This document shows positions 10,966 through 20,916 of a stretch of 40,890 nt of DNA, one piece after another. Below the pieces are notes generated by a model, which did no database searches, was not told where the DNA came from, and saw only the letters and a program-made list of their open reading frames with translations. The DNA is from Campylobacterales bacterium. GTDB taxonomy: Bacteria; Campylobacterota; Campylobacteria; Campylobacterales; JAOZPA01. Position numbers and translations under genes: made by a program. The DNA lies in the NCBI GenBank assembly GCA_029932985.1, contig JAOZPA010000004.1, forward strand, positions 1 to 40,890, given 5' to 3'. Position 1 is the stretch's first letter; the number at the start of each line of letters is the position of its first letter.

Positions 10966-12060
10966 ATGAATAGCGGTAATAAATTTTTTATAGTAGGTGG
11001 AATAGTATCTATATTTGGATATATATTAATTCTCATCAGCGTCTATTTTATAATACTAGAAAAAGATAATATTACCAAAAACTATGTGAGCAAAAAAGAT
11101 AAATTTTTAGAGGTTACTATTAACTCCTCACCCACTAGAACAAAATCAAGAAATACTCCAAAATATATAGATAAACCAAAAAAGCCACCGAAGAAAATTT
11201 TAAAAACTCCTACATTAAATAATAATGATGGTAAACGAATAAAAAAAGTATCTAAACTATGTGCCGATAAATGCCCCCGAATTGATGGTTCTTGTAAAAG
11301 AGTTTGTGAAAAAGGTGAATATTGGAGTAAAAAATATTGTAAATGTAGAATGACAAAAAAAGAGAGACTTAGAATAAAAAAATTAAAATTAGCTGAAAAG
11401 AGAAAAGCTGAAAAGAAAATATTAAAAGATAAAAAAAGAGAAGAGGATAGGCTAAAAAAGATAAAATTACAAAAAGATAGAGAGAAAGACAGAAAAAAAC
11501 TAGAGGCTGATAAATTAAAAAAACAGCAAGAGAAGAAAGAACAAGTTCAAAAAGATAAAAAGAAACTACAAGAGAAAAAAGAGTTAGAGGAAAAAAAGCA
11601 AAAAGAGAAAGTAGAGCAACAGAAAAAAAGAATGGAGATGCTTTATAAACAGATGGAAAAGGATGATGCTCAAGAGAGTAAAAATAGTAAATCTCCATCA
11701 AAAGGAAGTGCTAGTGAAATTCTTGATAGCAACAAAATAGAGACAGGTGAAGGTTTGGGGGAAGAGGGGATTGAGGATGCATTTAAGGGTGGTATTGATG
11801 AACATCTTCAAACAAAATTTCAAAATGAAACAGCTTTTATTCAAGCAGGGATTAAGGCTTCTGTGAAGTTGACTATATATAAAAGTGGAAAATTTAAATA
11901 TAGTATCTCAAGATATACTAGAAATTCACAATTTGATGCAAAGGTAAATCACTTTTTTAAATCTTTAACTAGAGGTGATTTTAAAAAGTTCATGGGTGAT
12001 TTTCCAGAGAAAAAGAATGGAAAATTTGTATTTAATGTTGAACTTTCTGATGAGGATTAA
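10966..12060 (+). CDS. tolA: TolA-like protein (N-terminal TM, K/E-rich coiled coil, TonB/TolA-type C-terminal domain) with Cys-rich insert
   Basis: Position between tolR and tolB; single TM, long charged helix, C-terminal alpha/beta domain. Confidence 0.75.
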   Translation: MNSGNKFFIVGGIVSIFGYILILISVYFIILEKDNITKNYVSKKDKFLEVTINSSPTRTKSRNTPKYIDKPKKPPKKILKTPTLNNNDGKRIKKVSKLCADKCPRIDGSCKRVCEKGEYWSKKYCKCRMTKKERLRIKKLKLAEKRKAEKKILKDKKREEDRLKKIKLQKDREKDRKKLEADKLKKQQEKKEQVQKDKKKLQEKKELEEKKQKEKVEQQKKRMEMLYKQMEKDDAQESKNSKSPSKGSASEILDSNKIETGEGLGEEGIEDAFKGGIDEHLQTKFQNETAFIQAGIKASVKLTIYKSGKFKYSISRYTRNSQFDAKVNHFFKSLTRGDFKKFMGDFPEKKNGKFVFNVELSDED

Positions 12061-12085
12061 AATTTATGATGAGGAGTATAGATAG

Positions 12086-13357
12086 ATGAAAATAGTTTTA
12101 GGTATGATTTTGTTTGTGGCACATCTTTTTGCAGTGGATGCTACAATTGAAATTTCAAAAAAGAAAGATAAGATTTACAAAGTTATGGTTGAGGATTCAA
12201 CCACAAAAGAGATAGGTGCAAGTTTAAGCAAGAAATTCTTTAAGCTTTTGCTCGGTGACTTAAAAGTTAGTTCAAATTTTGAGGTTATCGAAGACCACTT
12301 CAAAAAAAGTTTTGATGCAACCTATATTACAGAGGATGTTCTAGCAAAAAATGCAGAATTGATACTACGATACAAACTCGAATTTAGCGACAATAAAGCA
12401 TTAACTGCAAAAGTTCGATTATACAGTGTGCGGTCTAACTCCATTATGGTAGAGAAAAGTTACAATATGTCAAACACAAAAATGTATCCATTTCTATCGC
12501 ACAAAATTATCTCCGATTTGAACAAAGAGATGGGTTCAGGAAGTATCGATTGGATGAATAGATATGTGATTTTTTCCAAATATACTTCATCGGGAAATAG
12601 CTCCATCTACCTTTCAGATTATACTTTAACCTATCAAAAACGGGTAGTAAGCAAGGGATTAAATCTATTTCCAAAGTGGGGAGACGAAGAGCAACGAACC
12701 ATCTATTACACAAAAATCCAAAACGACACACCTACACTTTATAGATACAATCTATACTCAGGCAAAAAACAGTTAATCACTCAATCTGAGGGGATGTTGG
12801 TTTGCTCAGATGTCAGCGAAGATGGCTCAAAACTGGTACTCACTATGTCCCCTAACGGCTTACCAGATATTTATGTTTATGACTTAAATACAAAACAAAA
12901 ACAACGAATTACCAAATTTTCAGGAATTGATGTTGGAGGGCAATTTGTAGAAGGTACTAGTAAAGTTGTCTATGTTTCCGACAAACTAGGCTACCCAAAT
13001 ATTTATCTTGCTAATACACAAAGTGGAGATTCACAAAGATTAGTTTATCACGGCAAAAACAATAGTTCTTGTACGGCAAACGGAGATTACATCGTTTATT
13101 CGAGTAGAGAATTTAAAAAAGATAGTGATGGTAGTTCAATATTTAACCTATATCTGATTTCAACTTCAAGTGACTTTATCAGACAATTAACATCTTATGG
13201 TAAAAATATGTTTCCTAAATTTGCAAAAGGAAGTGATGCTGTACTTTTTATAAAAAGCTATAAAAATCAAAGTTCATTAGGCTTAATTAGGTTAAATGCA
13301 AATATCAGTTTCGACTTCCCCTTAAAAGTAGGTAAAATACAGTCAATAGATTGGTAA
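12086..13357 (+). CDS. tolB: Tol-Pal system beta-propeller protein TolB
   Basis: AVDATIEI N-terminus, PD40-like repeats (FPKW, SDVSEDGSKL), ends IQSIDW. Confidence 0.93.
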   Translation: MKIVLGMILFVAHLFAVDATIEISKKKDKIYKVMVEDSTTKEIGASLSKKFFKLLLGDLKVSSNFEVIEDHFKKSFDATYITEDVLAKNAELILRYKLEFSDNKALTAKVRLYSVRSNSIMVEKSYNMSNTKMYPFLSHKIISDLNKEMGSGSIDWMNRYVIFSKYTSSGNSSIYLSDYTLTYQKRVVSKGLNLFPKWGDEEQRTIYYTKIQNDTPTLYRYNLYSGKKQLITQSEGMLVCSDVSEDGSKLVLTMSPNGLPDIYVYDLNTKQKQRITKFSGIDVGGQFVEGTSKVVYVSDKLGYPNIYLANTQSGDSQRLVYHGKNNSSCTANGDYIVYSSREFKKDSDGSSIFNLYLISTSSDFIRQLTSYGKNMFPKFAKGSDAVLFIKSYKNQSSLGLIRLNANISFDFPLKVGKIQSIDW

Positions 13358-13382
13358 GTTTAAGTTATTTTAGAAATTTTTT

Positions 13383-13391
13383 TGATAAAAT
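13383..13391 (+). promoter_or_regulatory. probable internal extended -10 promoter for pal
   Basis: TGATAAAAT 27 bp upstream of the pal start. Confidence 0.45.
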
Positions 13392-13418
13392 AAACACAAT
13401 TTTTTAGAAGGATAGAAT

Positions 13419-13958
13419 ATGAAGAAGATTACAATTATTTCATTTGTTGCATTAGCAATGTTATTAACCACAGGTTGTAGCAAAAAACAAGAGGTAAAAC
13501 CAGTAGAGCCTGTTTTAGAAAAACAGATAGAAGTTCCCGTAGAGATTGTAGATAATAGTGCTGCTAATGACATCGCAGATGATGCGGATAGTTCAGTATT
13601 ATCATTTGAGCAACTACAAGAGTTGGTAAAAACAGTTTATTTTGATAGTGATAAATATATTATTAAAGAAAATATGGAAACTGTAATTAGCTCAAATGCA
13701 GATGCCCTAAACAAAAAAGAGGCAAAAACTGTTTCAGTTGTGGTAAGTGGTCATTGTGATGAGTGGGGTACAGATGAGTACAACTTCGCACTAGGTCAAA
13801 AAAGAGCAATCGCAGTTAAAAATGCTTTAGAGAGTAGAGGAATCGCAGGTGAAAATATCAAAACTGTAAGTAAAGGTGAAGGTGCACCTGTTTGTGGTGA
13901 AAGCACTCCAGAGTGTTGGTCACAAAATAGAAGAGCCGAGATTCAACTGAATCAATAA
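13419..13958 (+). CDS. pal: peptidoglycan-associated lipoprotein Pal
   Basis: Lipobox TTGC; OmpA-like domain GHCDEWGTDEYNFALGQKRA ... QNRRAE. Confidence 0.95.
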   Translation: MKKITIISFVALAMLLTTGCSKKQEVKPVEPVLEKQIEVPVEIVDNSAANDIADDADSSVLSFEQLQELVKTVYFDSDKYIIKENMETVISSNADALNKKEAKTVSVVVSGHCDEWGTDEYNFALGQKRAIAVKNALESRGIAGENIKTVSKGEGAPVCGESTPECWSQNRRAEIQLNQ

Positions 13959-13961
13959 TCC

Positions 13962-13986
13962 TTGAGGTGCGATTTTTCGCACCAAA
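13962..13986 (+). repeat. single REP-like palindrome, family 2 (GGTGCG-ATTTTT-CGCACC-AAA)
   Basis: Same stem as the 9505 element, directly after the pal stop. Confidence 0.7.
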
Positions 13987-14045
13987 TAAAACATCGGTGA
14001 GGGGTCATAAACCCCAAATTAATTAATAATTTCAATAGGAAATAT

Positions 14046-14636
14046 ATGAGAATATTGCTTTTAATTCCACTTTTGCCATTTATGTTATATGCTTCTGAAC
14101 CATCTGCATTTAGTGCTGGTGATTTGGATTCTAAAAATCCGTATGGTTTAACTGAAAGTGAAAAAAAAATCTATGACAATAAAGCAAAGGTGCGGAAACT
14201 TACCAATAAATTTGGTAGTGTAGATGCAAGAATCCAAAATAGTCTAACTTCCATCGAGGGAATGAGAGATGAAGTGGAGCGAAATAGTGTGAAAACTAAT
14301 TCAATAGAGCGGAAACTGAGTAAAATAGAAAATATTTTGGGAATTGGCAAACCATCTCTAAATGATTCTAATAGCTCAAATCAAAGTGTGATAAAGGTAG
14401 CAAATGAGGTAGCGACTCTCGATAGTAGCAAAAAATTCTCGATAGCCCAGCGACTTGATAAGATTGAAGAGTATATCAAAAAGTCAAGAACTCTACAAAA
14501 ACAAAACTACACCAAAATTAATTCATCTCTAAATAAGATAGCTAGATTGACCGATTCTAAACTTTCAAAACGGCAAGTGAAAAAAATCGTTCGAGCTGAA
14601 ATTAAAAAATATTTAGATACTATGTTTAAAAAGTAA
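14046..14636 (+). CDS. CpoB/YbgF-like periplasmic coiled-coil protein lacking the C-terminal TPR region
   Basis: Signal peptide, then SEPSAFSAGDLDSKNPYGLTESEK as in the Campylobacterota pal-downstream gene (Cj0114-like); only 196 aa. Confidence 0.7.
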   Translation: MRILLLIPLLPFMLYASEPSAFSAGDLDSKNPYGLTESEKKIYDNKAKVRKLTNKFGSVDARIQNSLTSIEGMRDEVERNSVKTNSIERKLSKIENILGIGKPSLNDSNSSNQSVIKVANEVATLDSSKKFSIAQRLDKIEEYIKKSRTLQKQNYTKINSSLNKIARLTDSKLSKRQVKKIVRAEIKKYLDTMFKK

Positions 14637-14658
14637 AAATTTACCACGAAACATAAAA

Positions 14659-14685
14659 AGTCATAAGTTTTAATAATTTATGACT
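14659..14685 (+). terminator. possible terminator hairpin
   Basis: AGTCATAA...TTATGACT inverted repeat after the cpoB-like stop; no clear U-tract. Confidence 0.35.
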
Positions 14686-14776
14686 ACCCCTTCAGATGGA
14701 ATTAAATTAAAAAGAGCAAATTAACCTTTTACTAATCACGATTGAGATAAAATTAGAGAAAATTAAAAGGACTAAT

Positions 14777-16516
14777 TTGCAGTATAGTTTTAAGTCAATC
14801 TTCAATGAAGTAAAAAAATTTAAAAAAGAGTTGATAGTTGCAAATATTGTAGCGATTATTGCAGTGATTATCAGCACACCCATTCCCCTACTCATTCCAC
14901 TTTTGGTTGATGAAATTTTGCTAGACAAACCAAACATTATTTTAGGCACAATCGACATTTTTTTTGATAAAAGCGAACCCTATTTTTATGTTTTTATCGT
15001 GCTTATCGTGGTTTTGGTCGGTCGAGCTTTGTTTTTTACTCTAAATGTTTTGCAACTCAAACTTTTCACCATAATCTCCAAAAATATCACATTTAAAATC
15101 AGAAAAGATTTATTAACTCATCTAGGATTAACTTCACTCTCCGAGCTTGAAAGTATTGGAAACGGCAAAATCAGCTCCATTTTAGTTATCGACATAAATA
15201 CAATTGACGAATTTCTAAGCTCCGTAATTAGCAAATTAATCATCTCTATTCTCACCATCATTGGGGTAGCAATTGTACTTTTATCAATCCATTGGCAATT
15301 AGGACTTTTTATATTTTTGATAAATCCATTTGTTATAATCTTGACCACAAAAATCGCACGAAAAGTTGGAATGCTAAAAAAGATTGAAAATTCAAAGATT
15401 GCACTTTTTCAAGAAGCCCTAAGCGAAACTATGGAGATTTTTTGGCAAATAAGAGCCAGTAATCAAGATAAAAAAATGCTTTCCAAAATTACCGAAAAAG
15501 CTAAAGATATAAAAGATGCCTCCATCGCATTTGGCTACAAAAGTGAAGCTGCTGCCAAACTTTCAGCCCTCACATTCATCTCTGGATTTGAGGTTTTTCG
15601 AGCTACCTCTATTTTGGCGGTTGCCTATTCCGATTTGTCAATCGGTTTAATGTTGGCAATCTTTGGATATTTATGGGTAATTATGACCCCTTTTCAAGAT
15701 ATTTTTGCAATCCAATACACCTATGCAAATGCAAAATCTGCACTAGCAAGAGTAAATGAGCTTTTTGCTTTGGAAAATGAACCAAAATACAATACTCATA
15801 AAAATCCTTTTGCAAAAAGTGTTACAAATGAGATTGAACTTAAAAATGTAGATTTTTCATATCACGACCACAAAACTATCCTCAAAAACATTTCACTCAA
15901 AATCCCAAAAGGCAAAAAAGTAGCGATTGTGGGGGCGAGTGGAAGCGGAAAAACAACTCTTGCTCATATAATTGTGGGATTTTACCCCATAAGCCGTGGC
16001 GAAATTTTGTATGACAATATCGATATAAAAGAGATAGGTTTAGATGTAGTGCGAGAAAATATCTATCTAGTTTTGCAAAATCCACAGCTCATCAACACCA
16101 CCATCGAGGACAATTTGACTTTTGGGCGAGATTGCACACCTCAGCAGATAAAAGATGCTATCACTTTAGCTCAACTTGATAGTTTCATTAATGATTTAAA
16201 AGATGGAATCAAAACCAAAGTGGGTAAAAATGGTATCAAACTTTCAGGAGGACAGCGACAAAGACTCTCAATCGCCCGAATGATTTTGCAAAATCCACGA
16301 GTCGTAATTTTGGATGAATCCACCTCAGCTTTGGATATGCACACCGAAAAATCACTCTTTGAAGCACTACAAAACTTCCTAAAAGACAAAACCACAATCA
16401 TCATCGCCCACCGATTAGAAACCATCAAAAACAGCGATTACATCTATGTGCTAAACAACGGCACGGTCGAGGAGGAGGGAACTTTTGAACAAATCAGTTT
16501 CAAAGAGTTAAATTAA
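14777..16516 (+). CDS. ABC exporter, fused permease/ATPase (MsbA-like fold)
   Basis: N-terminal TM domain, Walker A GASGSGKT, LSGGQRQR, ILDESTSALD, IAHRL. Confidence 0.92.
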   Translation: MQYSFKSIFNEVKKFKKELIVANIVAIIAVIISTPIPLLIPLLVDEILLDKPNIILGTIDIFFDKSEPYFYVFIVLIVVLVGRALFFTLNVLQLKLFTIISKNITFKIRKDLLTHLGLTSLSELESIGNGKISSILVIDINTIDEFLSSVISKLIISILTIIGVAIVLLSIHWQLGLFIFLINPFVIILTTKIARKVGMLKKIENSKIALFQEALSETMEIFWQIRASNQDKKMLSKITEKAKDIKDASIAFGYKSEAAAKLSALTFISGFEVFRATSILAVAYSDLSIGLMLAIFGYLWVIMTPFQDIFAIQYTYANAKSALARVNELFALENEPKYNTHKNPFAKSVTNEIELKNVDFSYHDHKTILKNISLKIPKGKKVAIVGASGSGKTTLAHIIVGFYPISRGEILYDNIDIKEIGLDVVRENIYLVLQNPQLINTTIEDNLTFGRDCTPQQIKDAITLAQLDSFINDLKDGIKTKVGKNGIKLSGGQRQRLSIARMILQNPRVVILDESTSALDMHTEKSLFEALQNFLKDKTTIIIAHRLETIKNSDYIYVLNNGTVEEEGTFEQISFKELN

Positions 16517-18226
16517 TTCTATCTTCACATCTTGAAAAACTGCGGAGTCGCCCTCTTCGCTGACTCTGTTTGGGGTTAAGTAGTTTCCGCCACTTGCCCC
16601 TGCATAAATTAAGATGCAATCTTTTCGTAATCTCTCATCAAATTTTAGCTCAAACTCATAAGAGCCGTAATCACTTTTGGCTAAAACTTTTTGCCCCTCT
16701 TGAAAATTTTCATCTGGCTTTATGTATAGACAATTATCTATCTCAAATTGAGAATTTAACGATTTTTTAGACTTAGAAGTTAGCAAATAGTACCCCTCAC
16801 CGCTTAGTGCTTCATCTTCAAACTCATCGATAAAAATGAAATTATCAAAAGTATCTTTTTGGGTTTTATAATTTTGATAAGTTTTTGCCTTTAAAACTCC
16901 ATCTTCCCCATAACTATTTGACTCCACAATTTCACGAATATACTCTTTTTCACTTTTAAGTTTTTCATATCCAAACTTCCCTATCAAAAATTCAGTCAAA
17001 TCATACTCACTTATCCCAAACTTTGGTTCATTAATTTTGGGCATTAGAGATAAATATTCGTGTCCATAACTAATTTTAATATCCTCTTTTTCCAAAAAAC
17101 TACAAGCAGGAATCACTAAATCAGCCATCTTAGAGGTTTCATTTTCATAAAGTCCAAAATAGATTACAAATTTAGCTTTTTTTATCCCATCTTTTATTAT
17201 TTCCGTTTGGGGATTTGAAACCATTGGATTTGCACCTTGAATAAACACCAAATCATACTTACCAAAATTTACCGACGGCTTAGGCTCTTGACCCCTCACC
17301 GTGAAATGATTTTTGAAGCCAAAACCACTATCTCCCAGATAATGAACACCACTACCCTCTTTATCGAAAAGTCCCAACATCGCCACAAAAGATTCAATGG
17401 CTCTTAACACGAAATGCCCTATCTCATATTTTTGCACACCAACACCGATAAGAAATGAAACCTTTTTACCTTTAATAATCTCCAAAAATTTATCAATTTC
17501 AAGTAGGTCGATGTCGTGTTGTTTTGCTAAATAATTTAATCTAAATGAGTCGATAAAATCCAAAAACCATCTAAAATCTTCTGTATGATTTTTAATAAAG
17601 TTTTCATCCTCCATCTCATCCATTATTGCAAATCGGCAAAGTAGAATTGCCAAATAAATATCGGTTCGGGGTTTTAATTGCAAAAATAGTTTCGCCTTTT
17701 GGGCAATTTTAGTTTTGACGGGGTCTATAACAATTAGAGTTTTATCTTTGATGATATTATAAATATGGGAGTTTGTATCACTAACATTTCGCCCCCAAAC
17801 CACCACAACTTCACTTTTTTTTATCTCACTAATAGGCATATTTATAACTGATTCTCTGCCTTGAATAACTCCAACCTCACCAGCTCCCTCACACAAAGTT
17901 CCTTTGGTGAAAGTTGAGCCATAGGGGTTAAAAAATTTAGTAGTAACTCCCTGCATCTTGCCAAGATTCCCACTTCCACGATAATAGAGAGATTTTTTGC
18001 CCTCAAACTCCTTTAACTTCTCAAACAAAATTTCCGTTGCTTTATCTAAAGCCACCTCTTTTTGATTATACAAAGCCTTTTGGAATCTAGGAAATTTATC
18101 ATAACTATTCAAAATAGGGCAAAGGTAACCATTTGTAACAGGATGAGCAACCGCCCCTGTTAATTTACCATCTATCACCTCAATTTCGCAACTATCATAA
18201 CAATCAAGCGGACAAGCTGTTTTCAT
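16508..18226 (-). CDS. molybdopterin-dependent oxidoreductase family protein
   Basis: N-terminal CPLDCYDSC...GYLC Fe-S motif, VVVWGRN, VIDP, ADLVIPA; substrate unknown. Confidence 0.85.
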   Translation of the reverse strand: MKTACPLDCYDSCEIEVIDGKLTGAVAHPVTNGYLCPILNSYDKFPRFQKALYNQKEVALDKATEILFEKLKEFEGKKSLYYRGSGNLGKMQGVTTKFFNPYGSTFTKGTLCEGAGEVGVIQGRESVINMPISEIKKSEVVVVWGRNVSDTNSHIYNIIKDKTLIVIDPVKTKIAQKAKLFLQLKPRTDIYLAILLCRFAIMDEMEDENFIKNHTEDFRWFLDFIDSFRLNYLAKQHDIDLLEIDKFLEIIKGKKVSFLIGVGVQKYEIGHFVLRAIESFVAMLGLFDKEGSGVHYLGDSGFGFKNHFTVRGQEPKPSVNFGKYDLVFIQGANPMVSNPQTEIIKDGIKKAKFVIYFGLYENETSKMADLVIPACSFLEKEDIKISYGHEYLSLMPKINEPKFGISEYDLTEFLIGKFGYEKLKSEKEYIREIVESNSYGEDGVLKAKTYQNYKTQKDTFDNFIFIDEFEDEALSGEGYYLLTSKSKKSLNSQFEIDNCLYIKPDENFQEGQKVLAKSDYGSYEFELKFDERLRKDCILIYAGASGGNYLTPNRVSEEGDSAVFQDVKIELI

Positions 18227-18245
18227 TTATACCCTTTTTTACAAT

Positions 18246-19118
18246 TTAATCTATGAATCTTTTCAGTAAATCTCCATATTCATCTATTCGTCTATCTCGC
18301 AGAAATGGCCAGATTTCCCTTGTGGCTTGAGTTTTTTTCATATCTATATCACAGATAATTATCTCCTCTTTATTGCTTTTTGCTTTTGCCAAAAATTCGC
18401 CTTGCACTCCACAAACAAATGAATTTCCCCAAAACTTTATACCATTTAAACATTTTGTGCTATCTTTTTCAAATCCCACTCGATTTACAGAAACCAACGG
18501 CAAAGCATTAGCAATCGCATTTCCTCGCTGAACTGTAATCCAAGCATCTAATTGTCTTTTTTTCTCCGCCTTATCATCCTCTTTAAACCACCCAATCGCA
18601 GTTGGATAGATTAAAATATCTGCTCCCTTGAGAGCCATCAGCCGTGCAGGTTCACTAAACCATTGGTCCCAGCAAATTAAAATTCCCAAATTGCCAACAC
18701 TTGTTTTGATTGGATGAAATCCCAAATCTCCACCAGTAAAATAAAATTTTTCATAAAATCCATTATCGTGAGGAATGTGCATTTTTCTATATTTTCCAGC
18801 CACCGTACCATCTTTTTCAAACACCACACTTGTATTGTGATAAATCCCAATCGCCCGTTTTTCAAAAAGAGTCGTAACTAGCACAATTTGAAATTCCTTT
18901 GCCACCCCTGCCCAAAACTTAACATTATCTTGATAATTATAGGAAAGCTTAAAATTATTCACATCCTCATTTATGCAAAAATATCTATTTTGATGAAGCT
19001 CCTGCAAAACCACCAAATCTGCACCCTTTTTTTTCGCTTTTTTTATCATTGAAATAGTTTTTTTGATTGTTTTTTCTTGAGTTTTATGAAATTTTTGTTG
19101 AATCAATGCTACCCTCAT
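18246..19118 (-). CDS. aguB: carbon-nitrogen hydrolase, probable N-carbamoylputrescine amidase
   Basis: E-K-C triad (LQEL, YRKMHIP, ICWDQWF), YEKFYF, YPTAIGW, FLRDRR. Confidence 0.82.
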   Translation of the reverse strand: MRVALIQQKFHKTQEKTIKKTISMIKKAKKKGADLVVLQELHQNRYFCINEDVNNFKLSYNYQDNVKFWAGVAKEFQIVLVTTLFEKRAIGIYHNTSVVFEKDGTVAGKYRKMHIPHDNGFYEKFYFTGGDLGFHPIKTSVGNLGILICWDQWFSEPARLMALKGADILIYPTAIGWFKEDDKAEKKRQLDAWITVQRGNAIANALPLVSVNRVGFEKDSTKCLNGIKFWGNSFVCGVQGEFLAKAKSNKEEIIICDIDMKKTQATREIWPFLRDRRIDEYGDLLKRFID

Positions 19119-20008
19119 ATTAAATATTTTCCTGCCTCTTCTAAAATTTTCTCTTTTGGTAAAACTTGTACATTTTTAAATTGAGTCCTATTAAAAGTCG
19201 TCTGCCTTTTTGCAAGTTGAGCAGTATGAATCGAGATAAGCTCTATCAACTTCTCCTTTGAAATTTTTTCATCCAAATAATCCAAACTCTCCTTAATCCC
19301 AATAGAGTTCATCGCATTTGGATTAGTTCCATATTTCTCCCTCAAATACTCCACCTCCTCAATCAGCCCCGCCTCCACCATTTTAGAAGTTCTAGCTTTA
19401 ATTCTCTCTCGCAAAATCTCTCTATCCACCTCAATCTGATAAATCTCAATCTCTTTTATAATTGGCTCTTGTCGATTTGCCTCAAAATAATCTGTCACAT
19501 TTTTTCCACTCTCTAAATATATCTCAAACCACTTCTCAATTCGATAAATATCATTTTTAGAAATTTTTTTACTATAAATCTCATCAACCTCACAAATTTT
19601 ACCATAAGCTTTCTCTTTATCCTCCAAAATCTCCTTAACTCTAGTTTTCGTCTCCGCAGAAATTTTTGGCTTTTCACTAATCCCATAAACCATCGATTTC
19701 AAATAAAAACTCGTCCCACCCACAATTATTAAATTTTTCTCATTCGCCACCGCATAATCTCTCGCCTCAAAATAAAGCTCAAAAAACCTCTTCACATCAA
19801 ACGGTGAGGGGACTGAAATCTCATCAATCCCAAAATGCTTTATCCCCTCTCGCTCCCTCACAGTTGGTTTTGCCGATGCAATATCTATCTCTTTATAAAT
19901 ACTAAGCGAATCTAGCGACAGAATTACACAATTACTAGTTTTTGCCAACTCAATACTTAATTTACTCTTCCCTGAAGCTGTCGCCCCCAAAATCGCTATC
20001 TCTTTCAC
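19115..20008 (-). CDS. miaA: tRNA dimethylallyltransferase
   Basis: GATASGKS, DSLSIYKEIDIASAKP, VGGTSFY, LAKRQTTF. Start moved to GTG 20008 after an AGGAGGAG RBS. Confidence 0.95.
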   Translation of the reverse strand: MKEIAILGATASGKSKLSIELAKTSNCVILSLDSLSIYKEIDIASAKPTVREREGIKHFGIDEISVPSPFDVKRFFELYFEARDYAVANEKNLIIVGGTSFYLKSMVYGISEKPKISAETKTRVKEILEDKEKAYGKICEVDEIYSKKISKNDIYRIEKWFEIYLESGKNVTDYFEANRQEPIIKEIEIYQIEVDREILRERIKARTSKMVEAGLIEEVEYLREKYGTNPNAMNSIGIKESLDYLDEKISKEKLIELISIHTAQLAKRQTTFNRTQFKNVQVLPKEKILEEAGKYLI

Positions 20009-20056
20009 ATTCTCCTCCTTTGTATATTTTGTCTCAAGTCCCCTCACCAATGTGTT

Positions 20057-20668
20057 TTATTTAGAAGCTTTTTTCATATAATTATTTAACATTTTATCAT
20101 CTTGATTTTCAATAATTGTATTTGATTTTTTTATCAGAATTAAATCTTTATCATCTTTAATTTTTATCTCTTTATCTTTTAAAATTTTTGGTTTTTTTTT
20201 ATCATAAAAATAGAAACAGATAATTCCAATAGATAAGATAAATGCTATCCATAAAAAATAGTTTAACCCCTTTTGCTTTTTTAAAACATTTCTCGGTGAG
20301 GGGGCTGGAGTAATTTTATTTGTCGAAATTTTAACTCTAATCTCAAACCTATTTTCACTTTTTGAAATATCTACATAACTATTTTTTTTTCTAAAAAGCA
20401 CTAAAATAAGAGAGTTATTTTTTTGATAAATTTTATATCTTGAGAGAAGTTTAGACTTTAGTTTTCTATTAATTTTTTTGAAATAGAGATTTTTAAAAAT
20501 AATTTTAGTTATATTTTTAAAACTTTTTTTTGAAATTTTGCCATTGTATGGTTTGTCACAAAGCAAAACTAAATCTGTGGAATTATCGTAAAAAAATATT
20601 TTATGCTCAAGAAGAGTCGAAGCAAATAGAAGCTGGGTAGATAAAATTAAAAATAGAATTTTCCTCAT
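20057..20668 (-). CDS. divergent Campylobacterota FliO-like membrane protein
   Basis: Directly downstream of fliN; signal peptide, DLVLLCDKPYNGKI periplasmic motif, single TM, C-terminal NYMKKASK. Recalled similarity to Cj0352/HP0583. Confidence 0.55.
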   Translation of the reverse strand: MRKILFLILSTQLLFASTLLEHKIFFYDNSTDLVLLCDKPYNGKISKKSFKNITKIIFKNLYFKKINRKLKSKLLSRYKIYQKNNSLILVLFRKKNSYVDISKSENRFEIRVKISTNKITPAPSPRNVLKKQKGLNYFLWIAFILSIGIICFYFYDKKKPKILKDKEIKIKDDKDLILIKKSNTIIENQDDKMLNNYMKKASK

Positions 20669-20916
20669 TACATATCTCTACTCTTTAATTTTTCTATTTT
20701 AATTGCGAATTTTGAATCTTTGATGATAATTTCCCCCTCACCGATGTTTTGATTATTGACTAAAATAGCCGATTTTTCACCTATCTTTTTATTTAATTTT
20801 ATAACTTTTCCAACTTCAAAACTATAAATCTCCTCTAGCAAAATCTCTCTTTTGGCAAATATCACACTTATATCTACCTCAATCTCCAGAATTTTTTTTA
20901 GTAACTTTTTTTGCAT
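20668..20916 (-). CDS. fliN: FliM/FliN (SpoA) family flagellar switch protein
   Basis: SpoA pattern GKVIKLNK...ILVNNQNIGEGEIII...FAIKI; ATG overlaps the mlaE TGA. Confidence 0.75.
   Translation of the reverse strand: MQKKLLKKILEIEVDISVIFAKREILLEEIYSFEVGKVIKLNKKIGEKSAILVNNQNIGEGEIIIKDSKFAIKIEKLKSRDM

Noticed and set aside
18246-19118. aguB-like gene without an adjacent agmatine deiminase
   Set aside because: The partner may lie elsewhere in the genome; this cannot be judged from the window.
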